A stretch of 34,080 bases of DNA from an uncultured delta proteobacterium (GTDB taxonomy: Bacteria; Desulfobacterota; Desulfobaccia; Desulfobaccales; 0-14-0-80-60-11): positions 1-34,080 of the forward strand of contig CAWETI010000005.1 of NCBI GenBank assembly GCA_963812015.1, written 5' to 3'. Under the pieces are notes generated by a model. It was given only the letters and a program-made list of their open reading frames with translations, was not told where the DNA came from and made no database searches. Shown in pieces: positions 1-9,049 of this stretch; position 1 is the stretch's first letter; each line of letters starts with the position of its first letter. The position numbers and the translations under genes were made by a program.

Positions 1-74
1 TGGTAGTCCCAACGGGAATCGAACCCGTGTCTCCGCCGTGAGAGGGTGCCGTCCTCGGCCTCAACAATGGAGCC
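1..74 (-). tRNA. tRNA-Glu(CUC), 5' half degenerate (pseudo-tRNA or low-quality sequence)
   Basis: Reverse complement is GGCTCCATTGTTGAGGCCGAGGACGGCACCCT-CTC-ACGGCGGAGACACGGGTTCGATTCCCGTTGGGACTACCA. The T-arm (GGTTCGATTCC), CCA end and CTC anticodon (40-42) are intact; acceptor, D and anticodon stems have mismatches. Confidence 0.75.
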
Positions 75-179
75 ACGCCCATTTTTATATCGCAGCGATG
101 AGATGGTGTCAAGAGGGGGAGCCGGGGCCGGCCCGGGAAAAGGTGCGTAGCCGCCCTCAACTCCCAGAGTCGGTCCCGG

Positions 180-833
180 TTATCTCAACCTGGCCGGCAG
201 GGTCTCGCCAGGAATCCCTCCCGGCCAGCCAGGCCTGGCCCGGTTCAGGTCCCCGGGGGTATTGAGGTTAAAAAAACTGCGGCCTTCGGGGTCCAGAGCG
301 GCACCTTCCGTCTCCGAAATAATCTGGGGACGGCACATTTCCAGGAAACGGGTGGGGCGATGGTCGGTCCGGGAAAGTCTTGAAAGCGGGCAGCAGGCGG
401 ACGGCATAGAGCCCGGGAAACGGCTCCAGGCCCCGGGGGACCGACAGACCACCGCCGGGCGGGAGGTGCGGCTGGCCCGGGCCACCAGTTTGGCCAGCAG
501 GGCCGGAACCAGAAAGGGATTATCCACTGCCGCGGCCAGCACCCAGGGGGTTTGGGCAAAGAACAGGGCGGTGAGGAGCCCGCCGGCCGGTCCCTGGAAA
601 GGCCGCAAGTCCGTCAGGAGCGGCAGGCCAAAGGTGAGATGAGCCAGGGGTTGGTTCGTAATGAGCCAGCAGGTGGTGACCAGGGGGGCCAGGGCCGCGT
701 GCACCCGAAGGGCCAGGGGTATCCCGCCCAGGGGCAGCGCCGCCTTGTCTTGCCCCAGGCGGCGGCTGAATCCTCCGGCCAGGATGGCGCCCGTGAGGCG
801 GGGCGCTCCGGCCTTCCCAGTACTTAATTGCAT
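180..833 (-). CDS. mobA: Molybdenum cofactor guanylyltransferase (apparent frameshifts around 370-435; 3' end approximate)
   Basis: Motifs GAILAGGxSRRLGQDKA, FQGPAGGL and FFNLNTPxDL. The expected LEPFPGLY segment lies in another frame. Confidence 0.85.
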   Translation of the reverse strand: MQLSTGKAGAPRLTGAILAGGFSRRLGQDKAALPLGGIPLALRVHAALAPLVTTCWLITNQPLAHLTFGLPLLTDLRPFQGPAGGLLTALFFAQTPWVLAAAVDNPFLVPALLAKLVARASRTSRPAVVCRSPGAWSRFPGSMPSACCPLSRLSRTDHRPTRFLEMCRPQIISETEGAALDPEGRSFFNLNTPGDLNRARPGWPGGIPGETLPARLR

Positions 834-864
834 AAGTCCGCTAATTATTTGGAAGGGGTTTTTA

Positions 865-950
865 TTTCCCCCCTTTCCCAAAGGGGGGTCAGGGGGGATT
901 TTTTTAACGCGTGGAAATCCCCCTAAATCCCCCTTTTTCAAAGGGGGACT
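865..950. repeat. Inverted pair of CCCCCTTT-n3-AAAGGGGG palindromic units
   Basis: CCCCCCTTTCCCAAAGGGGGGTCAGGGGGGATT followed by AATCCCCCTAAATCCCCCTTTTTCAAAGGGGGA. A further unit lies at 5337-5358. Confidence 0.75.
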
Positions 951-1030
951 TTCTGCATCAGTAATCCTTGAGGATTGGATAATAATTTAGGCTGATCTTC
1001 CCAACCGAGCATTCGCCGTCCTTGCCGGCA

Positions 1031-1558
1031 TCATCGGCATCCGAGCTGATCCTGGATAAACCGGCCAATTTCCGCCACTTGCCGGGGATGGAATACCGGC
1101 AGGTCCGTGGTGAGGGGCCAGGAACTGACCCAGGCCACCAGCCCGGGATAGTCCGGCAGCGTGGGGACGGCTTCCAGGGGCGCCAGGCCCACCTTGGGCA
1201 AGTCACTGTCTTTGTAGCCTTCCACCAGGATCAGGTCGGCTGCCGGGGCCAGCTCGGCCAGGATCGTCGTCAGCGCCGGCTCCCCGGCCCCCGAACGGGT
1301 AATTTGCAGCAGTCCCGGGGCTGCCAGGGCCACCAGACCCGCCCCGGCCCGGCGGTAGCGCCCGGTGTCTTTGCCGTCATCGGCCAGATGGAGATGGTGA
1401 GAATGCTTCAGGACCGCCGCCTTGAGCCCCTGGGCCGCGAGCCAGGCCAGCAAACCGCAGATGAGCTCGGTCTTGCCGGAATTGGATGGTCCGACAATGG
1501 CAATGGCTTTAACCCGGGGGGCGGAGGGGGTGTGGACGGCGGGGAGGGGAGGAACGCA
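1031..1558 (-). CDS. mobB: Molybdopterin-guanine dinucleotide biosynthesis protein B (start uncertain)
   Basis: Walker A VGPSNSGKTELI, VLKHSHH, GKDTGRYRRAGA and DLILVEGYK; adjacent to mobA. Confidence 0.85.
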   Translation of the reverse strand, partial: CVPPLPAVHTPSAPRVKAIAIVGPSNSGKTELICGLLAWLAAQGLKAAVLKHSHHLHLADDGKDTGRYRRAGAGLVALAAPGLLQITRSGAGEPALTTILAELAPAADLILVEGYKDSDLPKVGLAPLEAVPTLPDYPGLVAWVSSWPLTTDLPVFHPRQVAEIGRFIQDQLGCR

Positions 1559-1559
1559 A

Positions 1560-2017
1560 TCAAGGTTCAGCCGTATATTTTTGCAGGATTTTTTCTCTTT
1601 TGACCATGCGGTTGAGATAGACGGCGCACCGGGAGCAGGGGCCATCGCACATCGTGCCCCGATACTCCCGCACTTCATAACAGGGCCGCCAGGGGAGCTG
1701 AACCGCGGGCACTCCTCTTTCTTGTCGCAGTCGTAAATATTCCAACAAGGGGCGAGGACCATCAGGTTGCGGAGGCAGGCCAGGGTAAAGCCCCGGTCAT
1801 GGATCAAACTATTGACCTGGTTGATCTGGGCCACATCAAAATTAGAATAGAGCCGGTTGTTGGTGTTCTTCTCCCTTAAGGGTTTAATAAACCCCTCTTT
1901 TTCATATTCACGGATGCGTTTTTGGGAGAGGTTGACCAGCCGGGAGACCTCGTTGATTAAAAAGAGTTCCCCCCCGTCCCCTTCACAACGGATGTATTTG
2001 GCTTTTCCTCGGGGCAT
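1560..2017 (-). CDS. MerR-family regulator with C-terminal Cys-rich domain (frameshift near 1706)
   Basis: MerR HTH INEVSRLVNLSQKRIREYEKEGFIKPLR...RLYS. Joining two frames gives CWNIYDCDKKEECPAVQLPWRPCYEVREYRGTMCDGPCSRCAVY, stop at 1560. Confidence 0.8.
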
Positions 2018-2042
2018 AGTTCATTATATACCAAAATAGGTT

Positions 2043-2076
2043 TAAACAATCTTACATAATAAGCTTGTTTATTCAA
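2043..2076 (-). promoter_or_regulatory. Inverted-repeat operator overlapping the putative merR-mobB promoter
   Basis: TAAACAA-T-CTTA-CATAA-TAAG-C-TTGTTTA (2043-2071); minus-strand TTGAAT-16-TAAGAT. Confidence 0.5.
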
Positions 2077-2371
2077 GGAAAAATTCATAGGCTGAAGCGC
2101 CGGCGGCCTTAAAATTTAGCCAGCCGTCCCTGGAGCCCGACCCCCCGGGGCAGCCGAGGTCCGAGGCGATCAGTTTAAGGGCAAGGAAACGAACCACGAG
2201 GTTGGGGCCGCCAAGACCAGCAGCGCTTCGGGGAGTGGGGGAAAAGAATCAGCCAAGACGTGCTGAACGGCAGGGGCCGCCTGATCCCGGCAGGGGCCAG
2301 GCGGCCGCATCATCTATGGTCATGTCCGGGGAATATCTGACAATTTTTGGCTGCCAGTCCCGGAGGCCGTT

Positions 2372-2399
2372 GCAGGGGCGGTGCCCTCACCGCCCCTAC
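2372..2399 (-). repeat. GTAG-type REP-like hairpin
   Basis: Minus strand GTAGGGGCGGTG-AGGG-CACCGCCCCTGC downstream of cydB. Confidence 0.6.
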
Positions 2400-2473
2400 G
2401 AAGACCTCCCAAATAAGGAGGACTATTTGTTAAAGATTTATCGGGGATACAACACTCTTTCCATCATTTCAGG

Positions 2474-3502
2474 TCAATACTGGTCCTCTTTGGCCAGGTC
2501 TTCGGGCTCCACCTTGTCTCTGAAGAGGAAGTGGACCCAGACCTGGTAGGCAATGACCAGGGGCACGAAGGTCAGGGCCACGCCCAGCATGATCTTCAGG
2601 GTTAGGGGGCTGGAAGCCGAGTTGAATATGGTCAGGCTGTAGGCCGGGTTGAGGCTGGATTTCAGCAGGGCGGGATAGAGGCCCACCACCCCGAACAGGG
2701 TGATGCCCACGATGGCCAGGCTGGAAGCGAACCAGGCCTTCCACCACTGGGCCCGTTTGATGAAGGCCCGGATCATGATGAGGGCCGCCACCGCCACCAC
2801 CGGGATGAGGAGCAGCACCGGGTTGGCGGCGTAATTGTCAAAGAGCCCGGTCCAGCGCTTCGTGGCCAACAGGAAGATCACGGCCATGACCAGAAGAATC
2901 GGCCAGGTTTTGAGCGCCAGGTGCGCCGCCCGCCGGTGCAGCTCCCCGCGGGTTTTGACTGCCAGCCACAAGGAGCCGTGGAGCAGAAACAGCAGCACGA
3001 ACAGGAGGCCCCCGGCCAGGCCGTAGGGATTGAGCAGGGTGAGCAGGTTCCCCTGAAAGATGCCCTCGGCGTCGATGGGGATGCCCTTAAAAAGGTTGGC
3101 AAAGGCTACCCCGAAGAGCAGGGCCGGCAGGAAGCTCCCCAGGAACAGGCCGGTATCCCACAGGCGCCGCCAGCGAGGGTCGTCCACTTCCCCCCGGAAG
3201 GCCAGAGAGACGCCCCTTAAAATCAGGGCGAAGAGAATGAGCATCAGGGCCGAATAGAGGCCGCTGAACATCACGGCGTAGGTGGTGGGGAAGGCCGCAA
3301 AGGTCACGCCCCCCGCGGTGATGAGCCAGACTTCGTTGCCGTCCCAGAACGGCCCCATGGCCCGGTAGATGACCCGTCGCTCGGTATCGTCTTTGGTCAG
3401 AAAGGGCATCAGGGTCCCCAGGCCCAGGTCAAATCCGTCCAGCATGAAGTAAACGGCCCACAAGACACCCCAGAGAATAAACCAGATAGTCGGCAACATC
3501 AT
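2474..3502 (-). CDS. cydB: Cytochrome bd ubiquinol oxidase subunit II
   Basis: YFMLDGFDLG and GPFWDGNEVWLITAGG; ATGA overlap with the cydA stop. Confidence 0.96.
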   Translation of the reverse strand: MMLPTIWFILWGVLWAVYFMLDGFDLGLGTLMPFLTKDDTERRVIYRAMGPFWDGNEVWLITAGGVTFAAFPTTYAVMFSGLYSALMLILFALILRGVSLAFRGEVDDPRWRRLWDTGLFLGSFLPALLFGVAFANLFKGIPIDAEGIFQGNLLTLLNPYGLAGGLLFVLLFLLHGSLWLAVKTRGELHRRAAHLALKTWPILLVMAVIFLLATKRWTGLFDNYAANPVLLLIPVVAVAALIMIRAFIKRAQWWKAWFASSLAIVGITLFGVVGLYPALLKSSLNPAYSLTIFNSASSPLTLKIMLGVALTFVPLVIAYQVWVHFLFRDKVEPEDLAKEDQY

Positions 3503-4833
3503 GAGCCCTCCCCCTGATTGGTGACGGCCGGGGCCGGTGTCGGCCCTTGCTTGGCAAATTTGGCCATGAGGTAAAACGCCACCGCCCCCAACAGCGAGTA
3601 TACCAGGATGAAGGCCACCAGGGTCGTCCACACCTGGGAAGCGGCGATGGGAGATACGGCATCGGAGGTGCGCATCAGGCCGTAGACGATCCAGGGCTGC
3701 CGGCCCACTTCGGCCACCATCCAGCCGGCCTCTAAGGCCAGGTAGGGCAGCGGGATGGCATAGAGCATCACCTTCAAATAGCCCGGGCTCGACTCCAGTT
3801 TGTTCCGCTTGAACCAGCCCACCAGCGTCAGCAGGACAAAGAGAAAGCCCAGGCCCACCATCAGCCGGAAGGAGATAAAGGTCAGGGCCACCGGCGGTCG
3901 GTCACCTTTGGGGAAGTCCTTGAGCCCCTTGACCACGGCCTGGGGGGAGTGGTAGGCCAGCATACTTAAGGCGTCGGGGATGCGGCCGAACTCCACCAGA
4001 TTGCCTTCGTGGTCCTGGTCGGGAATCAGCATCAGCCACATGGGGGCCCCGGCCTGGGTATCCCAGTGGGATTCCATGGCCGCCAGCTTGGTGGGCTGGA
4101 TCTTGGCCACCTCGGCGCCGTGGATGTGCCCCTGGACGACCTCAGCGACGGAGAAGATCAACGCGAAGCCCAGGGCCAGGCGGAAGGACTTGGCGAAAAA
4201 GGTGGTATTTTGCCGCCGCAGCAGGTGGTAGGCGCTGATCCCCATGACCACGAAGCCCGCCAGGATATAGGCGCCGCACACCGTGTGGAGAAACTGCTGG
4301 AAGGCGAAGGGCTGGGTGACCACGGCCATAAAGTCGCTCAGTTCGGCCCGGCCGTTCCTGAGAACATAGCCCACCGGATGCTGCATCCAGGAGTTGGCGA
4401 TGAGGATCCACAGGGCCGAGAGGTTGGAGGCGAAGGCCACCAGCCAGATGCAGGCGCAATGCAAGCGGGGCGAGAGCCGTTTCCAGCCGAAGGCCCAGAC
4501 CGCCAGGAAGGTGGACTCCAGGAAAAAGGCCAGGGTGGCCTCGATGGCCAACAGCGACCCGAAAATATCCCCCACATACCGGGAGTACCGGGACCAGTTG
4601 GCGCCGAACTGAAATTCCAGGGTAATCCCGGTCACCACCCCCACGGCAAAGTTCACCAGGAAGATCTTGCCCCAAAATTTGGCCATGCGCCGGTAATCTT
4701 CGTCGCCGGTTTTGACATAAATAGTCTCCATGATGGCGATGAGGATGGACAGGCCCAGGGTCAGGGGCACAAAAAGAAAATGGAAAAAGATGGCTGCGGC
4801 AAATTGCAGCCGAGACAGCATGAGAACGTCCAT
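3499..4833 (-). CDS. cydA: Cytochrome bd ubiquinol oxidase subunit I
   Basis: SRLQFA..FHFLFVPLTLG, QPTKLAAMES and EVGRQPW. Confidence 0.97.
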   Translation of the reverse strand: MDVLMLSRLQFAAAIFFHFLFVPLTLGLSILIAIMETIYVKTGDEDYRRMAKFWGKIFLVNFAVGVVTGITLEFQFGANWSRYSRYVGDIFGSLLAIEATLAFFLESTFLAVWAFGWKRLSPRLHCACIWLVAFASNLSALWILIANSWMQHPVGYVLRNGRAELSDFMAVVTQPFAFQQFLHTVCGAYILAGFVVMGISAYHLLRRQNTTFFAKSFRLALGFALIFSVAEVVQGHIHGAEVAKIQPTKLAAMESHWDTQAGAPMWLMLIPDQDHEGNLVEFGRIPDALSMLAYHSPQAVVKGLKDFPKGDRPPVALTFISFRLMVGLGFLFVLLTLVGWFKRNKLESSPGYLKVMLYAIPLPYLALEAGWMVAEVGRQPWIVYGLMRTSDAVSPIAASQVWTTLVAFILVYSLLGAVAFYLMAKFAKQGPTPAPAVTNQGEGS

Positions 4834-4939
4834 TAGGTGTCGTTACCTCCTTTCGGCTTGAATCGGTCGCCCAGGACCCGGGGGCCGATCCGCTTTAGCC
4901 CGGCCGCCGGGGAAGTCGCCAATCATCAACGACTACTGA

Positions 4940-4979
4940 ATAGGAATGATTATCATAGCACCGGTTTTTTCTCTGTCAA
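4940..4979 (-). promoter_or_regulatory. sigma70 promoter of cydAB with Fur/PerR-like box over the -10
   Basis: Minus strand TTGACA(4979-4974)-16-TATGAT(4957-4952), overlapping ATGATAATCATTCC. Confidence 0.55.
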
Positions 4980-5021
4980 TGCAATAGGTTTAATGAGCGC
5001 CGCATTTTTTCCGCGCCCATC

Positions 5022-5258
5022 TTACCCTTTGCGGACCTCCACGGCCAGGTGAATGGCCCCCGGGGGGAAGTAGGCGGTCGCTTCGGCCAATATAAAAGCC
5101 CCGGCCCGGACATCCTGGGGGGGCACCTCGTGACTGAGATCCACCAGCACGGCGGCGGGATTGAGGCTCAGAATGACGCCTTTCAGGCTGGCCGCGTAAG
5201 CGTCCCGGGTGCCGAAATCGGTGAGCAGGGTGATGAGGGGGCCGGGGGCGGCGGTCAT
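5022..5258 (-). pseudogene. Truncated DUF62 / SAM hydroxide adenosyltransferase (chlorinase/fluorinase-like) N-terminus
   Basis: ITLLTDFGTRDAY..LKGVI..VDLSHEVPPQDV..YFPPGAIHLAV, then stops where VDPGVG is expected; 78 aa. Confidence 0.8.
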
Positions 5259-5419
5259 GGATGCGTCCTTTTGGCCATGGGCGTCTGACGCTAACTTGCT
5301 TGCTGCAATCAGCGCATAATAATCCGATGCAGTTCTTCCCCCTTTGCAAAAAGGGGGACGTGCAATGGCCCTCGAGGGTTAAGGGGCATAGAATATGGCG
5401 CTCTAAATCTCGCGATCAA

Positions 5420-5800
5420 CTATTCGTGCTTCTCTAGAATTTTTCCCACCTCTTCCCGGATGCGCTCCGGGAGCAGGGCCCCGGCAAACCGCCCCTGGCC
5501 ATTGATGTAAACCATGGGGCTGGGGTAGGACTGGGAGCCGAGGAGGGCGGTTTGGGGCAGACTCGGCCCCCGGGGGTCGGTGAGCACGTTGACATACTCC
5601 ACCCGCACTTTGCCGGGGAAGGCGGCGTCCAGGGTCAGGGCCAGGGCTTTGGCCTGCATCTCCAGGCTGACCCCGGCCAGGGGGTCGTCGTGCTCGCCGC
5701 GTTCTCCGTGGTCATGGTGGCCGCCGCAGCCGCAGGCGCAGCCGGAGGATGGGGCCGCGGGGGCGTCATAAATCACCACCTGCACCGTGTCCGGGGTCAT
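5420..5800 (-). CDS. Small thioredoxin-like hypothetical protein with Cys/His-rich loop
   Basis: 126 aa with an AGGAG RBS; GCACGCGGHHDHGERGEHDD; C-terminal PMVYINGQGRFAG typical of thioredoxin/ArsD-like folds. Confidence 0.65.
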   Translation of the reverse strand: MTPDTVQVVIYDAPAAPSSGCACGCGGHHDHGERGEHDDPLAGVSLEMQAKALALTLDAAFPGKVRVEYVNVLTDPRGPSLPQTALLGSQSYPSPMVYINGQGRFAGALLPERIREEVGKILEKHE

Positions 5801-6044
5801 ACCTTACTCCTTCGCCTTCTCAGGGTTGCGTGCCGGCCTGAGGCCCTGGCCGTTCCGGCCCGCCCGCCGCCTGGGGAAATGCGGCGGACCAGAGCCCAAG
5901 CTTTTCCATAAGTTAAGCCTTGCCGAAGCTTGATGCCAGTCCCCCGGCAAATTTTTTGCCGCTGCCAGGGGCCGATGACAGGATATACCGGAGGCAAGGC
6001 GCGGCGTCAGTCGCGGCCCATGAGGGTCAATGGCAATGAAGTCG

Positions 6045-6073
6045 AAAACGAGGCAGGGCGCCGGGCCCTGCCT
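6045..6073 (-). terminator. Putative terminator hairpin after glcF-like gene
   Basis: Minus strand AGGCAGGGC-CCGGC-GCCCTGCCT followed by CGTTTT. Confidence 0.45.
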
Positions 6074-6099
6074 GCCAAGGTTATTGAGGAGTTGACGAG

Positions 6100-7407
6100 T
6101 TACTGCTTCAAGGCCTCGGCGTAGATCTCCACCGCGTGCTTCACTTGAACCCGCAACCCGGCCTGGGACAGCATGTCGGTGATCTGCAGCATGCAGGCGG
6201 GGCAGCCGGTGGCCACCACCCGGCAGAGGGATTTAGAGATGTTGTCCCGTTTGCGGGCGCCGATGGCCGCCGAGGTCTCGTAGTGCTGGAGATTGAAGCT
6301 GCCGCCGCAGCCGCAGCACCAGTCGGACTCGGGCATCTCCGTAAGGATGTAAGCGGGGTTGGCCTGGAGCAGGGTCCGGGGCTGGGCCGCCACCCCCAGG
6401 GATTTTTTCAGGTGGCAGGGATCGTGGTAGGTTATGGGGATCCGGCCGTCCTCCGGGCCGGCGGCAGAGGGCCCGACCCCCAACGTATCCACCAGGAACT
6501 GGCTGATGTCCAGGGTTTTGGCCGCCAGGGCGCTGATACGCTCCTGTTCTGCCGGCGGGGCATCCTGCATCATGAGGGGCCACAGCTTCTTGATGGTGGA
6601 GCTGCAGGTGGCGCAGGCGGTGACCAGGTAGTCCCAGGAGGCGGCTTTATCCGCAAAAAGCTTGAGATTGTGGCGCACCAGCTGCTGGAAGGTTTGGGTG
6701 TCGCCGCCGGACAGGGCCGGAATGCCGCAGCACCCCTGGCCGGCGGGGAGATAGACCCCCGCCCCGTGGTGCTCCAAAACCGTGAGCACAGCGTCCCCCA
6801 CCTGGGGATAGATCTTGTCGATGAGGCAGCCCACGAAAAAGGCCACCTTGAGGTGAGAGGCGCCGGGGGCGGTGTCTCGCCGGGGAACCTGCCGGTGCCA
6901 GGGGATCGGCGCCAGGGGTTTGAAGTGCCGGTCGGACAACAGCGGCGACATGAACCGGGCGCAAGAGGAGCCCAGGAGATCGTCCACCGGCTTGATAAAA
7001 ACCCCCTGGAACTTGGCGCCCCAGGCCAGGATGCGGTTGAACCAGTCCGGCTGGCTGAGGAGACCCCGGAAGAGGGCCTTTTTCACCGGGGACAGCCCCA
7101 TGTAGCCGGCCAGGATGGCCCGGGCCTTGATAAAGATATCCAGGACCTTGACGCCGCTGGGACAGTTGGCGGCGCAGGAGCCGCACAACAGGCAGCGATT
7201 CAGATGATCCTGGACGCCCTGGGGATTTTTGAGGATTTCCTGGGCCAAGCCGGAAAGGAGGGCCAGCTTGCCCCGGGCCACGTCGGCCTCCCGCCCGGTT
7301 TCGGCGAACAGCGGGCACACCGCCTGGCAGAGGCCGCAGCGCATGCAGGTCACCAGCTGGTCTTCCAGCTCCTTCATGAGGCGGGCCAGCTCCTTGAGGC
7401 TGGACAT
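6100..7407 (-). CDS. glcF: GlcF-like Fe-S subunit of (D-)lactate/glycolate dehydrogenase
   Basis: CMRCGLCQAVCP, CLLCGSCAANCP, two CCG domains (GCCG; YHDPCHL, WCCGCGG); RBS AGGAG before ATG at 7407. Confidence 0.88.
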   Translation of the reverse strand: MSSLKELARLMKELEDQLVTCMRCGLCQAVCPLFAETGREADVARGKLALLSGLAQEILKNPQGVQDHLNRCLLCGSCAANCPSGVKVLDIFIKARAILAGYMGLSPVKKALFRGLLSQPDWFNRILAWGAKFQGVFIKPVDDLLGSSCARFMSPLLSDRHFKPLAPIPWHRQVPRRDTAPGASHLKVAFFVGCLIDKIYPQVGDAVLTVLEHHGAGVYLPAGQGCCGIPALSGGDTQTFQQLVRHNLKLFADKAASWDYLVTACATCSSTIKKLWPLMMQDAPPAEQERISALAAKTLDISQFLVDTLGVGPSAAGPEDGRIPITYHDPCHLKKSLGVAAQPRTLLQANPAYILTEMPESDWCCGCGGSFNLQHYETSAAIGARKRDNISKSLCRVVATGCPACMLQITDMLSQAGLRVQVKHAVEIYAEALKQ

Positions 7408-7434
7408 GGTGATTCTCCTTAAAAGCAGCAAAAG

Positions 7435-7621
7435 CAGCGGTCAGCAGTTAGCAGTTAGCCAAAAAACCTTAGTGCTTGTCATCGTGAACGGACCAACGGA
7501 TTTTATCTATTATCAAGAGCAGGCTTCCTGGTGGCGCTCAGAATGACACGTGAAAATATTTATAAACCATACTTGGCAACCCCTAACCCCTAACTGCTAA
7601 CTGCTAAGAGCTAACTGCTAA
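7435..7621. repeat. Inverted heptamer tandem repeats (GCAGTTA / TAACTGC) enclosing a degenerate TGTCAT...GAATGACA palindromic element
   Basis: GCAGCGGTCAGCAGTTAGCAGTTAG at about 7435-7458; TAACTGCTAACTGCTAAGAGCTAACTGCTA at about 7591-7620; TGTCATCGTGAACG...CGCTCAGAATGACA at 7477-7548. Confidence 0.65.
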
Positions 7622-9004
7622 CAGCTCCCCAATGCTCTTCCCCGGGTTGAGAATATTCTTGGGGTCCAGGGCCTGTTTGATGCGTTGGGAGTAGAGGATG
7701 GTGCCCCGGCCCACCTCCTTTTCCATGAACCGGGACTTGGCGGCTCCGATGCCGTGTTCGCCCGACAGCGTCCCCCCGAATCCCAGGGCCGCCTCAAAGA
7801 TGGCGTCCACCGCGGCCTCCACCCGGCGCCACTCCTGCTCGTTCCGGCGGTCCGTCAGGATGGTGGGGTGGAGATTGCCGTCCCCGGCGTGGCCGAAGGT
7901 GCCGATGGGCAGAGCGAAGCGCCGGCTGATCCCTTCGATGGCCTGGATCATGGCCGGGATTTTGCTCCGGGGGACGGTGGCGTCCTCCAGGACCACGGTG
8001 GGTTTCAACTTGGCCAGGGCCGAAAGGGCCGCCCGCCGGGCGCTCCATATCCGGTCCCGTTCGGCGTCGTCTTTGGCGGCCTGCACGTCGGCGGCCCCGT
8101 GCCGGCGGCAGATGGCCGCCACCCTCTCGGCCTCCTCCGCCACCACCGCGGGGTGGCCGTCCACCTCGATGAGCAGGAGGGCCGCGGCCTCAACCGGCAG
8201 CCCGGCATGGCTGTAATCTTCCACGGCGCGGATGGTGAAGTTGTCCAAAAACTCCAGGGTGGCCGGGACGATACGGTTGGCGATGATGGCGGCCACGGTT
8301 TCCGAGGCCTGGGAGACCTGGTCAAAGGTGGCCAGCATGGCCTTTTTGGCCTGGGGCAGGGGAATGAGCTTGAGGATGATCTCGGAGATGACTCCCAACG
8401 TGCCTTCCGAGCCCACCAGCAGGCCCATGAGATTGTAGCCGGTGACGCACTTGACGGTGCGGGACCCGGTCTTCACCGGCTCTCCCGCGGCGGAGAAAAA
8501 ATTGAGGCCCATGACGTAATCCAGGGTGACGCCGTACTTAAGCCCCCGGAGGCCCCCGGCATTTTCGGCCACGTTGCCCCCCAGGGTGGACACCGCTTGA
8601 CTGCCGGGGTCGGGAGGATAAAACAGCCCCTGGGCTTCCACCGCCTGGGCCAGTTTGGCGGTGATCACCCCGGGCTGGACCACGGCGTAGAGGTCCTCGG
8701 CATTGATCTCCAGGATGCGGTTGAGGGCGTTGGTGAGCACCACCACGCCTCCGGGATGGGGGATGGTGCCGCCGCTCAGGTTGGTGCCGGCGCCTCGCAC
8801 GGTCAACGGCAGGTCGTTATCGTTGCACAGCCGCACCACCTGGCCCAGGAGTTCCGTGGATTTGGGCCTGACCACCAGGGCCGGCAGGACGGGTTCCAAC
8901 ACCGCGGCGTCGTAAGCATAGGTGAGACGGTCGGTTTCCTGGAGGAAGACCTGGTCTTTCCCCAGGAGCCGCTGGAATTCTTTTGCCACGCGGTCACTGA
9001 CCAT
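7604..9004 (-). CDS. glcD: GlcD-like FAD-linked (D-)lactate/glycolate dehydrogenase subunit
   Basis: RGAGTNLSGG, YPPDPGS, GLKYGVT, GSEGTLG, GHAGDGNLHP, SGEHGIG and LDPKNILNPGK. Confidence 0.92.
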   Translation of the reverse strand: MVSDRVAKEFQRLLGKDQVFLQETDRLTYAYDAAVLEPVLPALVVRPKSTELLGQVVRLCNDNDLPLTVRGAGTNLSGGTIPHPGGVVVLTNALNRILEINAEDLYAVVQPGVITAKLAQAVEAQGLFYPPDPGSQAVSTLGGNVAENAGGLRGLKYGVTLDYVMGLNFFSAAGEPVKTGSRTVKCVTGYNLMGLLVGSEGTLGVISEIILKLIPLPQAKKAMLATFDQVSQASETVAAIIANRIVPATLEFLDNFTIRAVEDYSHAGLPVEAAALLLIEVDGHPAVVAEEAERVAAICRRHGAADVQAAKDDAERDRIWSARRAALSALAKLKPTVVLEDATVPRSKIPAMIQAIEGISRRFALPIGTFGHAGDGNLHPTILTDRRNEQEWRRVEAAVDAIFEAALGFGGTLSGEHGIGAAKSRFMEKEVGRGTILYSQRIKQALDPKNILNPGKSIGELLAVSS

Positions 9005-9049
9005 ACCCTTCTCCTTTACCGGTAGGGAACGCTGCTCTTCTTCTCAAAA

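Noticed and set aside
1031..2017. Apparent novel MerR-MobB fusion protein (328 aa ORF)
   Set aside because: The MerR Cys-rich tail continues coherently in another frame to a stop at 1560; one missing base near 1706 explains the fusion.
2100..2340. Small ORFs or structured RNA between merR and cydB
   Set aside because: No convincing RBS, coding pattern or recognisable RNA motif.
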